Below are positions 43,669 through 52,399 of a stretch of 55,870 nt of DNA, piece after piece (positions within the stretch are counted from its first letter, which is position 1; every line of letters starts with the position of its first letter). The notes beneath the pieces are model-generated. The model did no database searches, had not been told where the DNA came from, and saw nothing but the letters and a program-made list of their open reading frames with translations. Source of the stretch: Fibrobacteria bacterium (GTDB taxonomy: Bacteria > Fibrobacterota > Chitinivibrionia > Chitinivibrionales > FEN-1185); assembly GCA_037447435.1 (NCBI GenBank), contig JBBIGR010000036.1:1-55870 (forward strand), written 5' to 3'. The translations under genes and the position numbers were made by a program.

Positions 43669-44559
43669 TTATTCGTTCCCATCGGAATCTTTGAAATCCT
43701 TGCCCCAACCGAGTTTTACCCGTAAACAATCGAAATGCGACCGTAAGGAAAGTTGAATTAAATTCGTCTGATCGCCGCAATACGATACGATGACCTCGTC
43801 TCCGCTTTTAAGCCGCATAGTTTCTATGCCGTCGGCACTGAGCATAACCTCCGCCGTTTTTTGACTCATGACCAGACGGACGTCGCGCTCGCACGATAAA
43901 ATAAGCGGCCGTTCGGTTAGAGAATGCGGACAAATAGGAGTGAGCAAAAACGCTTTAACGTCGGGGTCCATGATCGGTCCGCCGGCTGCCAAAGAATATG
44001 CCGTGGACCCGCTCGGCGATGCGACGATGAGACCGTCGGAAACGAATTGGGAAATGAACTGCTCTCCGCTGTAGGCTTTTATGGATGTCAATTTCGGCAT
44101 ATCGAAACGATTGATGAATATATCGTTTAAGGCTCGCATTGTTTTTATTTCAAAACCGTCTCGGATAACCCGCGCTTCCAAAAGCATTTTCGCACTTGTC
44201 CGATACTGGCCGCGCACCATTTTTGCCAAGCTGTCCTCAATGTCTTCCGGCCCGATGTCGGTGAGAAAACCCACACCGCCCATATTGACGCCGATAACCG
44301 GTTTTCCGGAAAATTGCGATAAATGGACGGCGGATAAAAACGTACCGTCACCGCCTATCGAAACCAACACATCGCTTTGGGCTAAAAACGCAGTTTCGTC
44401 GGTACTGATCGACTCCGAGCGGTAATGAAGGGAAAGGCTCGGATGAAAATGCACCGGAACCTTGCTTGCCTTCGACCATAGAGAAATCCTGTCGAGCATG
44501 GCGTAAATCTTTTGCGCCTGTTTGAACGCCACAATGCCAAAGGAGGTAACGGGAACCAT
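43669..44559 (-). CDS. nadK: NAD kinase
   Basis: GGDGTFL, GFL, LND, DGLI.ASP.GSTAYSLAAGGP and PICPHSL. Start at 44559 after AAGGAAGG. Confidence 0.95.
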   Translation of the reverse strand: MVPVTSFGIVAFKQAQKIYAMLDRISLWSKASKVPVHFHPSLSLHYRSESISTDETAFLAQSDVLVSIGGDGTFLSAVHLSQFSGKPVIGVNMGGVGFLTDIGPEDIEDSLAKMVRGQYRTSAKMLLEARVIRDGFEIKTMRALNDIFINRFDMPKLTSIKAYSGEQFISQFVSDGLIVASPSGSTAYSLAAGGPIMDPDVKAFLLTPICPHSLTERPLILSCERDVRLVMSQKTAEVMLSADGIETMRLKSGDEVIVSYCGDQTNLIQLSLRSHFDCLRVKLGWGKDFKDSDGNE

Positions 44560-44662
44560 TGACTTTCCTTCCTTTTCCCAGATCCGTTGCTGTGCAACCG
44601 GATAGTTGTAGCTGTGATCATATCTACGCATCCCGCGAAGATAATTTCTATTTAGCTACTAA

Positions 44663-46045
44663 TTACAAGATCGCCCCTTGTTCGGCAGCACCTGACGTAC
44701 CGCCCTTTAATTCACATAAAGAAAGAACCATTTCGGCAAAACGCGGCCATCTGCGGACAATCGACTCGTCGTTGATTGTCGAGGTTCCCATGCAATGAAG
44801 CGCGGCAACGGAAGCTGCTGCCGCAAGCGGAGCGCATAAATGATCGGCGATGTCGAAACCGTCGTATTGCCTGCCGCCATCGATTACGATACCGTCGGGC
44901 ATTTCTCCGTATCGCATGCCCGCTGCTTTAACAACGGATACTATTTGTGCTATGCCGTCGGGATCATCGTTGCGAAGATCTTCTATGCCGCGAAAAACCG
45001 ATTGGCCTTGCGCGTAAGCGGCAATGACCACCATAGCAGGCAATTGTTGCGAAAAGGAATAAAGGGGCAGGCATTCGACCTTTCGACCGGCTAATCCCAG
45101 TTTTTGCACCGAAATCGTACCCACGGATCCGAACGAAGTCATACCCGTCTCCTGCATGGCAACGACACCGCCCATTTTCTTGACCAGAGCGAGCGTCTGG
45201 GAGTTCCACGATTCCAATCCGGCATTCTCCACAATAAGACTACCGCGCGGTACGACGCATTTCGCTGCAAGGACAATAGCACACAGCACATCGTCGCCCG
45301 GTACCGTGATTTCGCACGGGCCCTCTTTTCTTTTTGAAAAATCGCCCGTGACGTTGTATAAAATCGGCGCTGCGGGTTTCTTACCCATTTGCATGAAACG
45401 GATTCTTCGGGCTATTGGGTCGTCGTTCTTATCACGCAAGCTACTTGAAACCGTCAAATCGAACCCGAAGGCAGGAACGATATTTCGGAGGGCGCTTGAA
45501 AATGCCGAGTCGGTCGTCACCGTCAATTGTTTTTGCAATCCCATGGCAAGGCCTAGAAGCAAATGCATCTGGTCGGCATTTTTAACGGTGTCCTTGACCC
45601 GGAACCGGTCTTCATTGCTTAAAGATAACACCGTTGCGCCTTGCTGATTGGCGATATTCAAGGTACAACCGCATTCCGCCGTAAATGCGGTCCAAAGGTC
45701 CAGACGTTTTTTCGGCAGAGGATCTATAATAAGCGTCTTTTTACTTCCCAACAGGCAAAACACCGTAAAATCCCTATAGGGAATTTCTTCGTAGGCAAGC
45801 GTTATTGGTCCTGCGAAATCCATGTTTAATGGAGATACGGTGCAGCAATCGTTTTCACCAGAAAACGAAGCATGCCCTTCGAACGCCTTTTCCCACCAAG
45901 GCATAAACGGGATGTCGTCAAACGGGGTTATTTTCGCATTTACCTTTGCCGCAATGGCCATGACTATACTGACGAAAAACAAATCACTTGAGGGTGGAAG
46001 TCTGATCGCACCCTTCATTTCTTTTGCCGGTTTAATTGTAAGCAC
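44663..46045 (-). CDS. Degenerate EPSP-synthase (AroA)-fold protein
   Basis: AroA scaffold is recognisable (G.I.LP, ITVPGD, MGG, AAYAQG.S...G..DLR, DG.VI.G, WP.F) but catalytic motifs are replaced. GTG start just after the tyrA stop. Confidence 0.75.
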   Translation of the reverse strand: MLTIKPAKEMKGAIRLPPSSDLFFVSIVMAIAAKVNAKITPFDDIPFMPWWEKAFEGHASFSGENDCCTVSPLNMDFAGPITLAYEEIPYRDFTVFCLLGSKKTLIIDPLPKKRLDLWTAFTAECGCTLNIANQQGATVLSLSNEDRFRVKDTVKNADQMHLLLGLAMGLQKQLTVTTDSAFSSALRNIVPAFGFDLTVSSSLRDKNDDPIARRIRFMQMGKKPAAPILYNVTGDFSKRKEGPCEITVPGDDVLCAIVLAAKCVVPRGSLIVENAGLESWNSQTLALVKKMGGVVAMQETGMTSFGSVGTISVQKLGLAGRKVECLPLYSFSQQLPAMVVIAAYAQGQSVFRGIEDLRNDDPDGIAQIVSVVKAAGMRYGEMPDGIVIDGGRQYDGFDIADHLCAPLAAAASVAALHCMGTSTINDESIVRRWPRFAEMVLSLCELKGGTSGAAEQGAIL

Positions 46046-46049
46046 GCTG

Positions 46050-47162
46050 CTATTGCCTTTCCCAAGCGGAAATGCCGAGGTCTTTAAACAGGTTGACGGC
46101 TTGTTGCGCGATAGCTTTACTTTCGAATGAAAGCCTGATGGTTCCCGCATCGTTTTCCCGTACCTTGAGCACTTCGATATCTTTAATGTTAATATTTACT
46201 TTTGCACATGCGTTGGCCAAATTCGCTATCATGCCGGGCTGGTCTTTCACCACGACAAAAACATCGGAAAGCGGCCGGATAAAACCCTTATTGAAAGACG
46301 AGATGCCCGAGCGCGTTTGCGCGGCCGAATCGAACGCATTTCCCAGTGTCTCGGAATCCAAGCGGCTTTTCATTTCCGACATCATGGCAATGAATTCATC
46401 GATGATGGGACCGATCTCATTTTTGTTGGTTGCCAAAATATCGTGCCACATGGCATAAGGGGCCGAGGCGATACGGGTCATGTCGCGAAATCCGCCAGCA
46501 GCCAGGGTGAGCGTCCCCGAAATACGTTCGTTTATTTTTGCCGCAAGGTTAACGAGTGCAACTGCGAGCAAATGCGGAACATGGCTAACGGTTGCCGCTA
46601 TCGTATCGTGAACATTCGGGTCCAAAACCACATGCCTGCAGCCGAGGTTTTTCTCGAGAAACTCGGAGAAGTCTTCAAGCCTTTTGGCGGAAACGCCCGA
46701 TTGCGGAGTAACTACGTAAATCGCATTTTGAAATAAATAGGGGTCTGCGGCCGACGGCCCGTGTTTCTCGGAACCGGCCATAGGATGTCCGCCGATGAAG
46801 TCCACATTTTCAGGTAAAAACCTGTTCGCACAGTCCATGATTTGCGCCTTGGTGCTGCCGACATCGGATATGATGCAGCCGTTTTCGGAAAATTTCATGG
46901 TACCGAGGCGTTTGATGGTTTCCATAATGGTAAATATCGGCGAACATAAAAAAAGACAATCGGTACGGGGCAACACCCGTTCGAGTTCGTCGTAGCCGTA
47001 TCCTTCGTCAATGCATTTGAGCGCCAAGGCCGTTTTTATGGCAGCCGGGGACGACAAACCGATGATTCTCCCCGCGTATCCCGACGCTTTCAAAGCCAGC
47101 CCCAAAGAACCGCCGAGCAGGCCGACGCTGTAAATGGTAATTACTTTTGGAGAATATGTCAT
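46050..47162 (-). CDS. tyrA: Prephenate dehydrogenase with ACT domain
   Basis: GLLGGS, DVGSTK, GGHPMAGSE, HD....VSH.PH and GFRDMTRIA, plus a C-terminal ACT domain (DQPG.IA). Confidence 0.95.
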   Translation of the reverse strand: MTYSPKVITIYSVGLLGGSLGLALKASGYAGRIIGLSSPAAIKTALALKCIDEGYGYDELERVLPRTDCLFLCSPIFTIMETIKRLGTMKFSENGCIISDVGSTKAQIMDCANRFLPENVDFIGGHPMAGSEKHGPSAADPYLFQNAIYVVTPQSGVSAKRLEDFSEFLEKNLGCRHVVLDPNVHDTIAATVSHVPHLLAVALVNLAAKINERISGTLTLAAGGFRDMTRIASAPYAMWHDILATNKNEIGPIIDEFIAMMSEMKSRLDSETLGNAFDSAAQTRSGISSFNKGFIRPLSDVFVVVKDQPGMIANLANACAKVNINIKDIEVLKVRENDAGTIRLSFESKAIAQQAVNLFKDLGISAWERQ

Positions 47163-47917
47163 AACCGAAGGTTCCTTGAATCAAGCCGCCCCAGCAGATA
47201 CCGCACTTCGCCTTCTTTAGTCAAAGGAATCACGTAGTCGCGGTAAAAAAGCTCAATGATGCGGGGATCAACGACATGACGGATATCGGCATTGACCCGT
47301 TTTTGACATTGCGCGACCTTTTCCCGGATCCGAGCCATGATTTTTTCCTCGACTTCTTTTCTTGTCAGAAGAGCAAGAAGCCCTTGTTTGTTTTTTGCGT
47401 TGATGAGATCGCCGTATTGTTTTTTTCCCGACAAATATTTGCTTTCCGCAACATACAGCGAGCCATAGTGGATACGTCTGGCTATCGCCTGTAAAGCATA
47501 TACATCATGCTCGACGCTGGAACCGAAATGACCGTCATCGCCGCGACGACAGATTTTAGGTAAAATAAGCGAATATGCCTGAAGGATTTTGTCCCCCAGA
47601 TTTATCGCATTGCTGTTTCGTAAGTACAGCCCGGTCGACGGGATGGAAAGCTTGCGGCGCGCTTTCGGAAGCCGGCTGCAAAACGGACGTTCCTCGGGCA
47701 GCAAAAATCGGCCGAATAAAGCATCCATTTTCTCCTGATGACGAAGACGTAAAGAAAACAAACTTTCGTCATGGGCGCCGTCGAAGCCGCTTTTGCCTTT
47801 TTCATATGCTTGCGGATTATGCTTAAATTGTGCCCTGTCTATCAATTTAAAGATAATCGTTTCCTCCAGGCTTTCGAGCGTCTCCGCAATTTTCACGAGA
47901 TTAAACGTATTGTTCAT
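47159..47917 (-). CDS. Chorismate mutase, yeast Aro7/plant type
   Basis: LEETIIF.LIDRAQF, GRF..PEERPF, GDD..FGSS, LQAI.RRIHYG..VAE.K and IPLTK..EV.YL. Confidence 0.88.
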   Translation of the reverse strand: MNNTFNLVKIAETLESLEETIIFKLIDRAQFKHNPQAYEKGKSGFDGAHDESLFSLRLRHQEKMDALFGRFLLPEERPFCSRLPKARRKLSIPSTGLYLRNSNAINLGDKILQAYSLILPKICRRGDDGHFGSSVEHDVYALQAIARRIHYGSLYVAESKYLSGKKQYGDLINAKNKQGLLALLTRKEVEEKIMARIREKVAQCQKRVNADIRHVVDPRIIELFYRDYVIPLTKEGEVRYLLGRLDSRNLRL

Positions 47918-48048
47918 GAAATAATTGTTCCAAGATGGGTCGGTAACTTTTATAAAGACTCCAATCAAAATAATAGATTTGCTGTTTTTATATTATATTT
48001 AAATAGTATGAAAAGGCACTTTGCGCTTTAAAATCCGAGGAGACTTCC

Positions 48049-48819
48049 ATGAAAAAATTGCTTGTGCTCGTTGTCCTCGCTGCATGCGTTGTTGTTTTTT
48101 CCAAGTCTGCCCCTCCAACCGGCCCCTTGGCAACCGTAGACAGTGAAGAATTTGATGCCGGGACCATAAAGGCCGGCGGTACCGGAATTCTTAAACATGC
48201 ATTTAAAATTAAAAATACCGGAGACAGCGTCCTTGTCATCCGGGATGTGAGGCCTGGTTGAGGATGCACCGTGGTCGGTTTCGACACGACCATCCTTCCC
48301 GGTCGGGAAGGCTCAATTACCGAAGAAGTTAATATCGCAAAAATTCACGGCGGAGCATTTACAAAATGCGCCACCGTCACTTGCAATGCGAAAAACAAGT
48401 CCGAATTCAGGCTTTGTCTGAAAGGTGTTGCCAAAGAAGCGTTACACGTCAACCCTCAATACATTGCCTTGAAAAAAGCCGAGGGCAAAAACCAATACGA
48501 GACGGATTTGCTTTTATCGTCGGAAAAATCGGACCTTGTTGTCAAAAATGTATCGTTCGTATCGAATTCGCAGCCGCAGTCGCTACCCGCAGGGCAAAAC
48601 ACCTGGCAAAATAAATTGCCGGTGTATTGCAACTTTACGGTGAAAAAAGCTGCGAAAGCTAAGGATGACGGTGAATGGGATTATATAGTGACAATCACGA
48701 TATCTTCGGATTTTGCAGAAAATCAGAACGGTGATTTTGTGATTACGACCAATCATCCGGATGCTTTGGAAACAAAAATACCGGGTATGATCGAGGCGAG
48801 CACCACTATAAAGAAGTAA
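48049..48819 (+). CDS. Secreted DUF1573 (Ig-like) protein, probable selenoprotein (Sec71 at TGA 48259-48261)
   Basis: ORFs 48049..48261 and 48271..48819 share a frame. Read-through gives F.I.NTG...L.I.DVRPG-U-GCT...I.PG..G, a continuous DUF1573 signature of 256 aa. GAGGAG RBS and signal peptide. Confidence 0.8.
48270..48293 (+). promoter_or_regulatory. Putative bacterial SECIS hairpin
   Basis: cgt(g)gtcg-GTTT-cgacacg (alternatively gtggtcg/cgaccat). The apical loop starts with G after a 16-nt spacer from the TGA. Confidence 0.55.
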
Positions 48820-48842
48820 CCGAAATCCTGATTCTCGTTAAA

Positions 48843-48873
48843 AAAAAGCCGGGTGATAAAATCCCGGCTTTTT
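48843..48873 (+). terminator. Intrinsic terminator
   Basis: aaaaagccggg-N9-cccggcttttt. Confidence 0.8.
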
Positions 48874-48891
48874 CTTTAAAAAGGTATCGTG

Positions 48892-49830
48892 ATGGCTTAT
48901 AAATTTTTGTTCGGCCCGGTATTGTCCCGACGTCTTGGAATATCGCTCGGCGTCGATATCGTTTCCGCCAAGACCTGCAATCTGAATTGCGTGTATTGCG
49001 AATGCGGCGAAACATCGTGCCTTTCCGGCGAAATAACGGAACACGTGCGGATTGCCGACGTGATTGCCGAACTTCAATCGTTTTTATCAACGTCGCCAAA
49101 GCTTGACATTATAACAATAACGGGCAGCGGTGAACCCACGCTCAACAGCGGCCTCGGCGATCTCATTCATTTTTTAAAAACGCACTTTTCCCGTTATACC
49201 ACGGCGTTGCTTACCAACGGCACCCTACTGCACGATAAAGACGTTTCGGCCGCGGCGATGCAATTCGATTACGTACTCCCCTCTCTCGACGCAGTTTCCA
49301 ACAAAGCTTTTTCATTGGTAAACAGGCCGCACGGCGGCCTTTCGAACGAACAAATCATCGACGGTCTCATCGCATTTTCTCGTTTATATAAGGGGATATT
49401 GTGGCTCGAAGTCTTTATCGTACCGGGAATCAACGATTCCCCGATCGAACTGTCGCTTTTGAAACATGCTGCTGAAAAAATCAATCCGACCCGCGTGCAA
49501 TTAAACACGCTCGACCGGCCGGGCGCCGTCGACTCTATCGTACCGGCCTCCCACGACCAATTGCTTTCCATAGCGCATTTCTTCAAGCCTTTGCCCGTTG
49601 AAATCATTTCACGGCAATACCAAACCACGGGAAACGCGGCGGTAGAAGGCGACCTTCGCGCCGCGATTCTTGAAACATTGAAACGAAGGCCGCTTACCAT
49701 AGAAGACATTGCAAAGACTACCGGTCACAACATCAACGACATCACCTCGACATTGTCCCTGTTATGTCGATCGGCGGACGTTGCTTCCGAAAATGTGGGG
49801 GCGCACCGGTTTTATAAACTTACAAAGTAA
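48892..49830 (+). CDS. Radical SAM protein with a C-terminal HTH-like domain
   Basis: FGPV.SRRLG.SLGVD, CNLNCVYC, GSGEPTL, LTNG and SLDA. Confidence 0.9.
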   Translation: MAYKFLFGPVLSRRLGISLGVDIVSAKTCNLNCVYCECGETSCLSGEITEHVRIADVIAELQSFLSTSPKLDIITITGSGEPTLNSGLGDLIHFLKTHFSRYTTALLTNGTLLHDKDVSAAAMQFDYVLPSLDAVSNKAFSLVNRPHGGLSNEQIIDGLIAFSRLYKGILWLEVFIVPGINDSPIELSLLKHAAEKINPTRVQLNTLDRPGAVDSIVPASHDQLLSIAHFFKPLPVEIISRQYQTTGNAAVEGDLRAAILETLKRRPLTIEDIAKTTGHNINDITSTLSLLCRSADVASENVGAHRFYKLTK

Positions 49831-51019
49831 AATGCCCGTTTTTGTAGATGACCGTTTCCGTTCCGTCGAGCATATGCGCAGTCACGGTCCGGTTCGACGT
49901 CGCGATGATGTCGGTATGTTCGGTTGAATGGTTGAACCCGAGCTTTTCATAATCCTTTTCTTTCATGGCAGCCATATCGCCCGCATAGGTGTCGTGATAC
50001 GATTTTCCGACGGCAAGATGCGTGTTTCCGAATTTTCCGCCGAAGTTCTCGTCGAAAAGCGTATCGGCCATAAATTTCGTGATTTTTGAAAAGTTCGTGT
50101 CCGTTAATGAAAATTCGCCTATTTTATTCGCGTTTTTCTGTTTGATCATCTCGTGAAGGAGTTTTTCGTTTTTAGCGGCGGTCGCCTTGACGATTATTCC
50201 GTTTTTAAACTCCAAACGAATGTCTTTTATGATGTTGCCGTACCGGTACAGGGGCAAATCGAAAAATATTTTTCCATTCGTGCCGCGCCAATCGGGGGAA
50301 GTGAAAATCTCGAAACTGGGAATATTCCTGCCGCTTCCGCCGAGCCATTTTCTTTTTTCCCCCAGCCGTATCCATAAATCTGTTTGTGCCGCGGTCACGT
50401 GCAAACGGTCTATCGGCAGTTTATTGATTTTAGTTAAGACGGTCTGAATTTGCCTGAAAACCGAATTCCATTTTGCAATGGGCGCGGAATCGTTTAAAAA
50501 ACAGGCCTTTTGAATTTGAGCCCAATATTCCTTGAGGCTCAGTCCCGCCTCTTTGGCCATGCCTTCGGTACCATACGTACACAAAGTCCAGGTAAAACGG
50601 TTTTCGTCTTCTTTTTTGTCTAGCCAGTCCCGAAACGGCCTCGCGCTTTTGTTCATCAATATGACTTTTCGCGGGTCGGCATTTTGCATCAGCATCGGGT
50701 CGTTTTCGGCAATCACGCGGACCCAATGGTCTATGGTATCGGCAAGACCGCGATAATATTTTTGGGGAAAATACGAAATTTGCTTCTCGGAACCTTTGGT
50801 GATATGAAGCAACTTGAATTCGTCGTCTATAATGTTAAGCAATGGGTTTCCGCCGCAAGAAAGGACCGTGCCGTACAATGCTTTGGCAAGCGGTATCCCC
50901 GGCGTCTGCGTGACGATATAAACCACTTCGCCCGGCTTTATTCCTTTCCCGCTGTTGAGCGCGAATTTTATGAGCACATCCGCATATTTTTGCAGGATTT
51001 TAGGTGATGGAATAAACAT
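49820..51019 (-). CDS. Aminopeptidase, M29 (AmpS/AmpT) family
   Basis: NIPSFEIFTSP, GEFSL, LFDEN, HLAVG.SY and N.S.EHTD. Confidence 0.92.
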   Translation of the reverse strand: MFIPSPKILQKYADVLIKFALNSGKGIKPGEVVYIVTQTPGIPLAKALYGTVLSCGGNPLLNIIDDEFKLLHITKGSEKQISYFPQKYYRGLADTIDHWVRVIAENDPMLMQNADPRKVILMNKSARPFRDWLDKKEDENRFTWTLCTYGTEGMAKEAGLSLKEYWAQIQKACFLNDSAPIAKWNSVFRQIQTVLTKINKLPIDRLHVTAAQTDLWIRLGEKRKWLGGSGRNIPSFEIFTSPDWRGTNGKIFFDLPLYRYGNIIKDIRLEFKNGIIVKATAAKNEKLLHEMIKQKNANKIGEFSLTDTNFSKITKFMADTLFDENFGGKFGNTHLAVGKSYHDTYAGDMAAMKEKDYEKLGFNHSTEHTDIIATSNRTVTAHMLDGTETVIYKNGHFTL

Positions 51020-51032
51020 GATCATCCTTTTT

Positions 51033-52244
51033 TTAAGGTTTTGTGACGGAGAGGATCGATTTTTTATTCTCGAAAACTGCCTTTACTTTCATCAATTCGT
51101 CGGGAATGGCAATATGCTGCGGGCACTTGGGAACGCATCCGTTGCAACGTTGACAAAGTGATGCCCTTCCCCGGTCTTTTTTTACCAGCAATTCCTTTTT
51201 ATTTTTCGCAAGGTGCCGGTAATTTCTGGTGATGAGCCATTGCACGATTCTCGATGCGGCTTTTCCCGTCGAGCCGAACGATTTATTATTGAGCAAGGCA
51301 AAATTCTGGGGAATATCGACACCGAAAGGACAAGGCATGCAATAGCGGCAGGCCGTGCAGGGAACAATGATTTTTTTCTTGAACGTAACGGCCAAATCGT
51401 CGATGACGGAGCATTCGTCCGGTTTTAAAATTGCAACCCCCGAAGCGTCGGCGCTTGCACAGTTTTCCTCCACCATTTTTTTGCTGTTCATGCCGGAAAT
51501 AACGCAAGAAACCTCTGGCCTGTTCCATAAAAATTGCAAAGCCCAATCTACCGGCGTCCGTTTGACCGGGGCGTTATTGATAATTGACATTGCCTCCTGC
51601 GGCGGATCGGCTAATTGTCCGCCTTTCAGCGGCTCCATGACCACAACCGCAATGCCTTTCTTATGCGCATACTGCAACCCTTCGGTCGTGGCCTGCAATG
51701 CGGTATCCATATAATTATATTGGATTTGCGTCATTTCCCATGGGTAGAAATCGATGATCTGTTTAAAAACCGGCAGCGTATCGTGGAATGAAAACCCAAT
51801 GTGCTTGATCCGGCCTTCGGCCTTTGCTTTTTCCATTTTATCTATGAGGTTCAGACGCTTTAGTTTTTCGAATTGGGTCTGATCGAGCATGTGAAACAAA
51901 TAAATGTCTAAATGATCGGTTTTAAGGCGTTCCAATTGGGCGTTGAGGTATTTGTCGAAATCGTCGGTGTTGCGAACCAAAATCATGGGTAATTTGGTAA
52001 CGAGTTTGACTTTTTCCCTATACCCGTTTTGTAAAGCTTCTCCCACGATACGTTCACTGTTGCCCATATGGTACATCCAGGCGGTGTCCAGATAATTTAT
52101 CCCCGAGTCGATTCCCTGCCTGATTATTTCGATGGCGAGAGGTTGATTGACACCCCTGAGGAAAGTCTTCGTGGGTAATCGCATGCAACCGAACCCTAAA
52201 GCCGAAACCTCCCACGGCAACGATCCCATTTTCCGATATTTCAT
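51033..52244 (-). CDS. Aldo/keto reductase with C-terminal 4Fe-4S dicluster
   Basis: LGFGCMRLP, DTAW.YH, GFSFH, MEPLKGG, CTACRYCMPCP and C.RC..C..KCPQ. Confidence 0.93.
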   Translation of the reverse strand: MKYRKMGSLPWEVSALGFGCMRLPTKTFLRGVNQPLAIEIIRQGIDSGINYLDTAWMYHMGNSERIVGEALQNGYREKVKLVTKLPMILVRNTDDFDKYLNAQLERLKTDHLDIYLFHMLDQTQFEKLKRLNLIDKMEKAKAEGRIKHIGFSFHDTLPVFKQIIDFYPWEMTQIQYNYMDTALQATTEGLQYAHKKGIAVVVMEPLKGGQLADPPQEAMSIINNAPVKRTPVDWALQFLWNRPEVSCVISGMNSKKMVEENCASADASGVAILKPDECSVIDDLAVTFKKKIIVPCTACRYCMPCPFGVDIPQNFALLNNKSFGSTGKAASRIVQWLITRNYRHLAKNKKELLVKKDRGRASLCQRCNGCVPKCPQHIAIPDELMKVKAVFENKKSILSVTKP

Positions 52245-52399
52245 CCTGCCTCCCATTTTTCCATTTGTATTGCGATCAAGACTATAAAAATTATTTTGCG
52301 CAAAGAGGAGCCGGATTGTTTAATTTTTGATGATTTTATAATTCCCGACCGATATAATAATAGAGAGCAATCCATTTTGGACCATACTAAGGACCCGAC

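Noticed and set aside
46046..46150. Extended N-termini in the ORF track (AroA-like; also rlmM, waaA, GH57, aminotransferase, NAD kinase)
   Set aside because: They overlap upstream genes or lack homology-like sequence. Downstream starts with an RBS or stop-start coupling fit better.
48271..48819. Independent 182-aa gene starting at GTG 48271
   Set aside because: It begins in the middle of the DUF1573 domain and has no signal peptide. It is better explained as the in-frame continuation past the TGA, although re-initiation cannot be excluded.
49820..49830. Short convergent 3' overlaps (also 3035-3046 and 20154-20160)
   Set aside because: Overlaps of 7-12 nt are common in compact genomes and show no sign of a special function.
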